A stretch of DNA of 64,000 nt from Amphiscolops sp. MND2022 (lineage: Eukaryota), in NCBI GenBank assembly GCA_964187785.1, contig OZ076409.1, positions 87,298,001 to 87,362,000 of the forward strand. The letters run 5' to 3'. The notes beneath the pieces are model-generated. The model made no database searches and had not been told where the DNA came from. It saw only the letters and a program-made list of their open reading frames with translations. The position numbers and the translations under genes are program-made. Position 1 is the first letter of the stretch. Each line of letters begins with the position of its first letter. Positions 49,636 to 64,000 of this stretch are shown here, piece by piece.

Positions 49636-50518
49636 TTTATTCATTTTTTATATCCATTGCTATAACAATTGTGATATCTTTTCCATTATTTGTTTCCATT
49701 AATTGTTTCTTAATTGAATCAGTCTCCTGTGAATCATTTTGTTTTCGATTTGGGGCAAAAGAACAGTAATGGAGCGACATAGTAATAATTGACAACATAA
49801 TGCCATTAAACAATTGAGTCAAACAAAAAGTATTGAGAATTAAAATGTTCAAAAGACAAGCCCCCGAAAAGATCTTATCATGCCATTCTAATATTCTTGT
49901 AATCTCCTAATCTTCTTATGGTTGATATATAATGTTAATTTAAGATTATTCAATTATAACAAAAGAGTTGTTCGATATTTGCAAAATTACTACAAAAACA
50001 ACTTTATTCAAATATTCATTTTGATTGATATAAAATATGTTTGAGTTTATTCAATCAAAAACAAAAAAATTGTTTGATAGTTGTACACTCACTACAAAAA
50101 CAACTTTTTTCAACTATTCACCCTATCAGTCATTAAATCAAACAGTTTTATCAGACAGAATGTTGCTGGATATAAGGTAGATTGATGAAAAATATGGAAG
50201 CTTGATAATCATTATTCAAATTTATTTCGAAAACAAAGTACCTGGGAATGGTTTATTAAACTTCTGATAATCGGCAAATTCTTATTTTTAGTTGATTAGG
50301 TAAATTTCGGACATTTTTTGATATGTATTCAAAATTTCTATCAAATTAAAAGGTCACACTTGGTGGGAAACGAATGGACAGATTATGTTCAACAATTAGT
50401 TGATTTCGCCCATGCGTTCCGAGATTTTCAGTTATGAACAACAAAAGTCGCCCGTGCATTCCCGAGTTTTTGCCCAACATTTTCCGAGTTTTGGAAGGCC
50501 TTGCCGGTTACCCCACTG

Positions 50519-51060
50519 TAATGTTGGTGTTGTGCCAAACTTGGTCTTGATAACTTTTGGTTTTACAATTTCTTTAGCTTCCGAGTTTGGTACTAGATCT
50601 GGTTAAATTATAATTTTGTCCAAAATTAGTTTGTAATCTGGGTGATAAAGTTTTTTGGTTGGTTGCTGCAACGTGAATAGGAAGTTTGACGCATCAATGG
50701 CGGTGGAATTATTGTCAATCTCTAAAGGACCTTCATCGTTTATCGAAACGTCGGAACTACTTTGCAATTCTTTCAAAATGGACTTGGACTTTTCAGTTCG
50801 ACGAGGATTGAGCATTGTGATTGAGCGAAGACCCACTTCTGGATATCTTCCCGTGTCTCTGGGGCTTTCACTTCTTGAGACGTTTTTTCCTTCTCGGGTT
50901 CCTTTTTTTCGGGAACTCGTTGTAGTAACGTAAGTTGTTGACTTTTTGCTGTAATTGTTGGATTGTCCAGAATTTCGGACGCTTTTGGTTGATTCTTGAT
51001 GTAATTTTCTTTTGGTGTTAGTATAAATTCTTGAGCACTCATTCTGCTGATAAATAGCAA
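50519..51060 (-). pseudogene. Polinton protein interrupted by the nested transposon; 3' end continues at 22370 and below
   Basis: Frame ...LILDKIII*PDLVPNSEAKEIVKPKVIKTKFGTTPTL stops exactly at the TIR (50519); QGKTTSSGK...KDWETFNN* resumes at 22370. Confidence 0.65.
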
Positions 51061-51290
51061 ATGCAGGGACGACTGATCAGCTTGAATAGTTTATAGCCTT
51101 TGATGGATGACAAAATTTGTCGTCGTCTGCGGTCAGATGTTTTCGGTTGACATAAAATTTTCAATTGTTGCTCGAATGGCATCAATTTGTTTACATTCAT
51201 TGGTATGTTTCCATTGATAATATTCAAGGCGCACTCACAGAGGAAATTTGATTTGTTCTGTCGCAATCATGTATAACGCGAGAAATGCCT
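51039..51290 (-). CDS. Conserved small Polinton protein
   Basis: FLCECALNIINGNIPM...LKIL...S..RRRQIL motif, commonly seen downstream of the Polinton ATPase. Confidence 0.65.
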
Positions 51291-51335
51291 TTCTTCTTTT
51301 TGTTTTCTTGCCAGTGCTTCAGTATACGCAATTTT

Positions 51336-51800
51336 TTATTGTCTACCGAAATGATCAATTTGCTGTAATTCTCGCAGTGATTTGAATAGAATGACATGTG
51401 TTGTGTTTAAATCAATTGTACGCGACCACTTGCTTTGATGGAATAAGTTGTCTTTGACGGAAATGCAGTGGAGTTTCCTATGTCTACCGGCAACTGCAAG
51501 TTTGACAAACGCTTGTTCTTGGTAAATCTCCTCACAAGAATCGTCGAAACCTAACAAACAGTTTTCCAAGTTTTCGATCATTTCAATGTCCAAACATGGA
51601 ATAAATTCAATGTTTAATCTTTCAGACATTTCTTGGAAAAGCGGTTGATATTCCTTGTAAAAGTAAAAAGTTTTTTCGATGGGTGGATAAAATGTTGTAG
51701 GCGAGGGAAGCATCGAAGAAATGAGACGAGTTTTATCCGAGCCCCCAGGACCAACTAGAGCCATGAATAAACAATCATTGGTGAAAATGATCTTGTTCAC
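51336..51800 (-). pseudogene. FtsK/HerA (A32-like) packaging ATPase, truncated, Walker A mutated
   Basis: LVGPGGSDKT (Walker A, G>D), LLGFDDS (Walker B), AGRHRKL, RTIDLNTTHVILFKS.R..QQI..FGRQ. Confidence 0.9.
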
Positions 51801-52069
51801 AGTTTAGGACTAGGTAGAATGTAACCAACTGCTCCAAATAATAGTGAAAACCACACTGACATTTCTTCGCATGGCGGTCTGTCTAGAGTAAGTTTCAACG
51901 AACTAGCAATTACAAGAATGAAAATTAGTGTTGCCTGAGTAAAAAAGACAACCTCTGATCTTAGTAAAGTGATTGAATTGCAAAACTTCCACAATGACCT
52001 TACGCTGTCTTCTCCGTTTGATTCCATAGTGCCTATGCCATTATCTTCATCGATAACTACCTCAGTCAT
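51797..52069 (-). CDS. Small two-TM Polinton membrane protein
   Basis: RSEVVFFTQATLIFILVIASS.KLTL...VWFSLLFGAVGYILPSPKL; two hydrophobic helices upstream of the ATPase. Confidence 0.65.
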   Translation of the reverse strand: MTEVVIDEDNGIGTMESNGEDSVRSLWKFCNSITLLRSEVVFFTQATLIFILVIASSLKLTLDRPPCEEMSVWFSLLFGAVGYILPSPKL

Positions 52070-52386
52070 ACTTTAAAATTTTCTTGAATGTGAAAAATGA
52101 ATTGAAAACAAACACGACTATTATGTAGCAGTATAAAATAGAAAATGTTAAATTCATCACTAGACTTGAGTTTTATTCGGTACTTGCCCTTGACTTTTGT
52201 TTGTGCTGGTGGAAAGTAGACAACCTCCAACACATCGTTGCGCTTGGCCATTTCCTCTGCAATTTGTCTTGGTACCTTTGGATCCTCGATGGCGTCAAGT
52301 TTGATGGGACGAGAATACTTTGGTGGCATCTTGAGCGGTTTGATATTGTGGGACTCCATCAGAAGCTGTAGTCGTTTGCTTGGCAT
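52066..52386 (-). CDS. Polinton hypothetical protein
   Basis: 106-aa ORF in a compact gene run; stop overlaps the next start. Confidence 0.45.
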   Translation of the reverse strand: MPSKRLQLLMESHNIKPLKMPPKYSRPIKLDAIEDPKVPRQIAEEMAKRNDVLEVVYFPPAQTKVKGKYRIKLKSSDEFNIFYFILLHNSRVCFQFIFHIQENFKV

Positions 52387-52392
52387 TTTGGT

Positions 52393-52647
52393 TTATACAA
52401 AAGTAATGAAACTGTCAATGGTTTTGAAACTAGTCTTCAATTGCGAATACTCGGATGCAGTCAACTGTATAACACCCTTTCTCAAAAGTTTGTGACTGCC
52501 AACCTGCTTGAATTCATCTTTGACTAATTTTATTTTGGCTTCAGTGTCACGTGTTACCTCCAAGGTTGTTGTAACTGAGAGGCTCAAATTCAGAGATAGG
52601 GTTAGCTGTAGGTTGTGCTCTTTGGCTGTTGCATCGACTGCATTCAT
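52393..52647 (-). CDS. PC4-like ssDNA-binding protein (tentative)
   Basis: C-terminal RKGVIQLTASEYSQLKTSFKTID resembles PC4 KKGISLT.EQW..LK...ID. Confidence 0.45.
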   Translation of the reverse strand: MNAVDATAKEHNLQLTLSLNLSLSVTTTLEVTRDTEAKIKLVKDEFKQVGSHKLLRKGVIQLTASEYSQLKTSFKTIDSFITFV

Positions 52648-53146
52648 GATAGGAATTTTGAAAGTAATTGAACAACCAGTTGTAGAATAATGTCACTTTT
52701 TCTCGAGCACAGTGATTCAGTTTGTAAGACTTTTGATGATTCGGACAAACTTTTGTTGAACAATAGGTAAACTGAGATGCTTTGGGGCAAGCAAGAGTGT
52801 CCAAGTCTATCACACTGAAGAAAAAATTTCTCAAGAAAGTGCACTTCTAGGTACCTTTTGGAAAAACGGTACGGTTTGGAAATCTAAGTTTGAGCGCGTT
52901 GAAGAAATTGAAAATGATTGTGTGATCGTAATTCCCAGCTTCCCAAACAATGCCGTGTAGGTTGTCTGTTAACCAGGCGTAAGTCTTTTTATTTTCTTCT
53001 GCTAATAGAGAAAATTTCACCGGCGGTTGCAAAATTATAGTGTCTTGATAGTTGGCGCCTCTAACAGAAATCTCTTTGGGTATAAATTGTTGAGATTTGT
53101 GACGGAAACCTTCAAAGTCTATAACTAAGAAATCAGAGTTTATCAT
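52644..53146 (-). pseudogene. DEDD-like 3'-5' exonuclease-fold protein with C-terminal Cys/His cluster, disrupted
   Basis: FLVIDFEGF...PKEIS...WLTDNLHGIVW..G; after a stop and frameshift VIDLDTLACP...CPNH...HCAREK. Confidence 0.6.
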
Positions 53147-53766
53147 TTGAGCCAGTGATCAGCGAGACGTTTTTTGGCAGAATGATTGATTCTTCAATGG
53201 TCTGATACAATTTGGCGGTAACCAATAAGAATTGATACTGTCGCATTTGCATGAATGCTGAAAAGAGATATTTGAGGATAATCAAGACAACCAGCAATTG
53301 GAGCAAGCTGTTGTTGTCATAATAAAGGCAAAATGCTTCCTGTTTCTTCCCTGTGTTCAAAACTAAAGGTATTTTGACCAGAGTAGTTTCGATGTTTGAG
53401 GAATTCCAGAAACGGTCCAGGATAAGAAGTGTCATTGCCAACTATTTTTTTCGAAACGGTTAAAACAAAATGAAGTTAACATCTGAGGTAACTCAATTCA
53501 TCAGGAAATGATTGTTTAAATTTCAAAGCCAATAGGAAACATTGGATTCTGCTTAGATGATGATACCTGTGAAGACAATCTTCGATAGCGCGACCTGCCC
53601 AGACTCGTTCATAATTTTCAGCAATCAATCGAGTAGATTCGTGGATAACCATGGCTAGCCTGTAAACTTTTGACTTTTTGTAGACTTGATTGATCCTTGG
53701 TATGATAATTTTTGGTTGGAGCTGGGTAATTTTGCCTGAAGGTGCCATTTTGTGACATAATGCCAA
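53133..53766 (-). CDS. Two Polinton hypothetical ORFs (53133-53441, 53476-53766)
   Basis: ORFs in the compact minus-strand gene run; no motif recognised. Confidence 0.3.
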
Positions 53767-53889
53767 AACGTAGTTCCGAAAATTTAATCTTTCATCTCGT
53801 ATAAATTTTTGCTGAAAATGAGCGTTGTTCCTCGAGTCTTTTCAAATGTTCAATTGAACATTTGATGTAAACATTTTCCACGTGCATTT

Positions 53890-54156
53890 TCAGGTATACC
53901 ATAGAAATTTTTCACACCTTTTTCCACCGTAAAGTTCCGGACATTCACACGCGACTGTTTGTTGCTCTTCTAGGTAATAGCAGTAACAACCATTCATGCA
54001 ATAACCTGTAAATGCTTCTGGACAAGAGTCTGTATTGTTCCCACTGTTATTGGTTGTTTCGTTTTGAGAATTAGTAATTAATAATATTGGAGTTGTAAGA
54101 GTTGCAACAATAAACGTGAAGGTCAAAATCACTACCCAAATCAGTGTCCCGCTCAT
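53890..54156 (-). CDS. EGF-like growth-factor protein with N-terminal signal anchor
   Basis: Hydrophobic N-terminus, N-glycosylation sequons (NET, NNS, NNT), and CPEAFTGYC-MNGCYC-YYLEEQQTVAC-E-C-PELYGGKRC = CX7CX5CX10CXCX8C with Y.G.RC. Confidence 0.85.
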   Translation of the reverse strand: MSGTLIWVVILTFTFIVATLTTPILLITNSQNETTNNSGNNTDSCPEAFTGYCMNGCYCYYLEEQQTVACECPELYGGKRCEKFLWYT

Positions 54157-54246
54157 GTTATTATTATAGGGTCAACCGTCTCAGATAACTTTTACGAAAA
54201 GAATGAATGATCGTTATATATAGAACCTGTATGTACTGGTTGAAAT

Positions 54247-54349
54247 GGTCTTGTGGCATAGTGGTTAGGTCGCTGGCCCATCATTCCAACCGGCGAGGTT
54301 CGAGTCCCGGGAGGGACTCATAGTCTTTGGTAGAAATGGAGTTCTTTTT
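54247..54349 (+). ncRNA. tRNA-like Pol III unit in right TIR (outward-facing)
   Basis: A box TGGCATAGTGG (54254), B box GGTTCGAGTCC (54297), T5 terminator at 54345-54349. Confidence 0.6.
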
Positions 54350-54407
54350 GTCTAACCCCCCCCTCCATCGATTTGCTACGCATAGGCATATATAACAACG
54401 CACTACT
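54253..54407 (-). repeat. Polinton right terminal inverted repeat
   Basis: Inverse of 9751-9895; ends ACTACT followed by TSD CAAGTA. Confidence 0.93.
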
Positions 54408-57400
54408 CAAGTATTGTTGTGATGAATTCATCAACTGATGTCCAGTTGAATAGGTTCAAGGAACCACACGAAGTTCGTGAATCACAAGAACCGAGGATCA
54501 ACCCATACGATAGAATGTCCAACCTTGCTGGATAGACCTTTTCTCCTATGAGTTTCAGCGGTTAAAGAAGTGCAGAATTAGCGGGTATTTCTAAGAACTG
54601 GCCGTGCTCTTAAGACAAATATGCAAAGCCATTTGGTGTGCAGGCGTTACTAAACAAACAAGCAAGGATATGTTCTTGAAACGTTTGGAAAAGATCAGAA
54701 CGTTTGGAACACTTTGGAAGCGGAAAAATAGCGAGCTTGTGCGCCAGATCGTGGTATGCGTTGTAAGCGAAGCCGGGGTACAGATAAATTCAGCATATAT
54801 ATCATTGTTTGCCAGACATGACTCGGATTTCCAAAAAGGTCTGAAGAGCAGGATTACATGAGTTCGAGTCTCGTACTACACCGATTTTTTATGCTTGCAA
54901 AAGTAGAGAGCAGACTAAAGGTTCTCCCTTTTTGACACAATGCAATTTTTTACCGCCGTTTTTTAAACCGAAGAGTCTCCATTGATCTATAGCAAAAACA
55001 AAACTAGGGAAAGAGGAGATCCGATTCTGTAAAAGCAACACACAAAGTCTACGTTTTTTGCCTACCAATAACGAAACTCGTACGGCAAACCAGTTAGCTC
55101 AATAGCATTCTTTTCACGAAAAAAAAATTGAAAAGAAATTTTTCGCCAGGTTTCTAATATGAACAAAAAAGTGTAGAACGTTCAATTTTTTGAATGTTTC
55201 GAGCAAGCTTCAAACGTTTTCGTTGGTACTGGTTTTTCATTGCCTAGGCTTGAGCTTTGTAAAATATTTGCTGATTTACTCAGGGCAGAAAACATCCCCA
55301 TGTCCACCAGGGGTCCTTTCTTAGCCAGCGCTTTATGAATTAAAACGGGCTACTATTGTGAATTTTCGTCATGTTTTTTCAATCCGGTCGAAGCGACCAT
55401 TTTCGTGCCTAATGCCAATGTTTTTTACGAAATTCTTACAGTATAGCAATATGTTCGCAGGGGTCCTCCTTTTCAATTTTTGACAATTATTTGAATGAAA
55501 AAGAGAAGAGGTTCATTTCGGTACTCTGCGAGATAATTTTTCGGAAAAAAAAAACGTTTCACAAAGGGTCCAAGTGTCTGTTTTTCGGCAGTGTGATGCC
55601 CCTGCCAACTTTTTATATGGATTTTTTGACGTTTGGAGTTGAGGAAGTGTGAGTTTTTATAGTGTTATGGGTATTTGTTCGTGCATTTTTGGCACTTGAT
55701 AAAAATTCTCAAAAGTGGTTCTTTGCATATTTAAAACACTTTTTCAACTTTGAGCGGGGACGTTACCAGCTTGTTCAAAAGTATATATGTTCTTTTTATG
55801 AAAGGGCCTTTTCGGAACATGAAAAATTCAGGCTAAAACTTTTATATAACCGAAGAAACTCATAAATCAAACATACAGACACATTCAATTCCAAGTTTTA
55901 TAGCGCTCAGGTGGTTAAAAAGAAAACATTGTGTATTGATTGATTTAGTACCTACAAGCATTAAATGTGTGCTGTAAAATTTTGTGCTATTTCGGGTAAC
56001 TTAGTAGAAAAAACTAAGTTTAATTTTCAAATACAAACGCAGGCCAAATGAATGAAATTTCAGAAAACTTTTAATCATTTTTCGGAAACTTTCAATAGTT
56101 TTCGAGTATTTGGGTGAAATACTTCCGCTGGAAATTCTTGGAGCAAAAGTACGATCATTTGTTACAACTGTATTAATACAGATAGCGTAAATTGAGCCAA
56201 AATAAGGTCCTTGCTGTGCTCGGAGATACTTACCTGGCGCCGTCACGAGGCCCGGAAAACCGCGTTAACCACTGAGCCAAAAGGTGGGACCCTTCCATTT
56301 AAAATTCATAAAACTTTGGAATTGATGAAAGTGGACTGAGTTTCAGGGTGACTGAAGAAAAAACCTGCCACTGTGAGTCGTGCACTTTTACGTGAAAGCG
56401 CAGACTAAAAACATTTGCCACATTTCAATAAAATACGTAGAAATACTGACAACGAAATTCCCTTTGATGTTACAAACTTGCCAATTACCTGTACCAAAGC
56501 TCAGTGTTTCAATTACTTGCTTCCTCAAAAAATCTCTAGAAAAAAGGCGATAGGACAGTTAAGACGTTTGAATTGAAATAAATTAGTCATCAGATGTACT
56601 TCAGCTATGACAAGAAAATTGAGGTCATATTTACTGTGAAAGTATATTGCGAAATAAATTCACACAAAACCAGCAAGCAGGCACAACATTCACACATTTT
56701 TCAAGTAAAAAAACTTCAAGACTAAAAGTCAGGTATCACTCTTTTCGTTGACATTGTGGCACTAGTTACTTGCTGGTTGAGTTATCTTGTTTCTTTCTCA
56801 TGCAATGGGTGCAATCTACAAATCCATAAACAAATACATTTACAATATAATAAATCTGGTGTATTACAAAGCTGTCAGACAAAAACGGGCACCATGAACA
56901 GATACAAATGATCAGAAATCGGGGCCAAGGGATCAAATAGTAGTAGCAAGTCAGGTCATTTGATTCTTCACAAATTAAACGTCACTAAAACTTCAATTGA
57001 GTCATTGGAAAATGGTGGCAAAATTAGGATCGAAAAGAGAAATTCAAATGGGAAGTAGAATGTGCGGTCAATTATTGTGAATCTTCTGAAAAGAGAGCTG
57101 TATCATGAACACATTCGTGCTGCTTTTGAACAACACTGTAATTGACCGACTCTCGGGCAATAAAGAATAGGCATAAATCATTTCAAATGAAAAGATGCAA
57201 TTTAATTGGATTGAATTCTAGACGGCTCAAGTGTTTTAAATCAACATTACAAACTAAAGTTTTTCAAATCAAAATTATCAAGATTGTGCAGTTACATCAA
57301 TACTGATTTACACTGTCTCTAGTAGGTTTTAAAATGAGAATCCAACAAGCGGACATGTCAAACTTGTTCTAGAAATTTCGATGCCCGAACATGAGGATGC

Positions 57401-57934
57401 ACAATGTGAAATGCGGCTTATCGAAGGATGAAAATAAACATGATGTGTACCACCACAAACGCCTTTGTATTCTCATTTCAATCGGGAGGCTACCTTCATG
57501 TACATGTATGTTTGTTTATCTATGGTTTAATCTGGGCAGGGGTTGAAATAGATGACAGAAATGAATTATTGAATAACTATAAATGACGACACCAACTACA
57601 GAAGAGATTTCGGGATGTTATGGTTACACTACACATTGCGAATATATTGTCACGAACGAATGAATAGTTCCTTATCTTGAGGTTCACTAAGTAGACTGCC
57701 CCACTGATATTGCCCAGCAGCGCGTGAACAAGAAATGCTGCCAACTTGGTTACTTAGAACTTGATTCCATTATCAATAAATTAGTAATAATGAAAACCCA
57801 AATACTGCATGTTAGGAATAATAAATAGCGATGCCATCATGATGGAAATGCAATATTTTGCGGAACTTTTGGTGTTACACTGCAATTTCGGTGGTGCTCA
57901 TCCGAGTGCATCAAAGACACAAACTGTTTCCTTG

Positions 57935-63871
<5,937 letters not shown>

Positions 63872-64000
63872 CTAAACATGATGAACACGTGGCAATACAT
63901 CTCGAGTCCTACAATATCCATCATATCTTCAAATCCGATTGTCGCTAACCACCTCAAGTCGTTTCAGATGGTCGGCAGAGTAAAAAAACATGTTGACATA

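Larger units (their letters stand above)
22371..50518. mobile_element. Nested giant TIR DNA transposon (~28.1 kb) with RAG1/Transib/CMC-like transposase and chromatin-modifier cargo
   Basis: Perfect 18-bp TIRs CAGTGGGGTAACCGGCAA at 22371-22388 and its reverse complement at 50501-50518; flanks TG / TA; splits one Polinton ORF; all Polinton core genes lie outside it; genes inside contain introns. Confidence 0.88.
9751..54407. mobile_element. Polinton/Maverick (adintovirus-like) endogenous element, full length, decayed, with 28-kb nested insertion
   Basis: 5'-AGTAGT at 9751 and ACTACT-3' at 54402-54407; identical 6-bp TSD CAAGTA at 9745-9750 and 54408-54413; ~150-bp TIRs; hallmark genes pPolB, INT, PRO, ATPase, MCP, mCP. 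Confidence 0.95.

Noticed and set aside
54900..56300. Dispersed repeat fragments and partial A-box sequences (similar pieces at 59520-60100)
   Set aside because: Look like ordinary host interspersed repeats; cannot be classified from this window

Overview
Eukaryotic (probably invertebrate animal) genomic DNA with a nested mobile-element structure. (1) A complete but decayed Polinton/Maverick (adintovirus-like) element spans 9751-54407. It starts AGTAGT, ends ACTACT, has ~150-bp imperfect TIRs containing tRNA-like Pol III boxes, and has a perfect 6-bp TSD (CAAGTA). It encodes protein-primed PolB, adenain-type protease, major and minor capsid proteins, a cupiennin-like protein, rve integrase, packaging ATPase, a DEDD-like nuclease, a PC4-like protein and an EGF-like protein. 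(2) A ~28-kb DNA transposon (22371-50518, 18-bp TIR CAGTGGGGTAACCGGCAA) is inserted into one Polinton gene; removing it leaves a normal-sized Polinton of ~16.5 kb. The nested element carries a spliced, decayed RAG1/Transib/CMC-like DDE transposase. It also carries a chromatin-related cargo: a SET methyltransferase, a KDM2/7-like JmjC demethylase, a Tudor/chromo-barrel-like protein and a BRCT exon. The JmjC gene is interrupted by a 12.4-kb array of ~51 exon+intron units encoding an acidic 28-29 aa repeat. The left flank holds a degraded LINE and a MITE; the right flank holds the 3' seven exons of a host long-chain acyl-CoA synthetase (ACSL3/4-like). All family assignments come from motif recognition by eye; no database searches were run.
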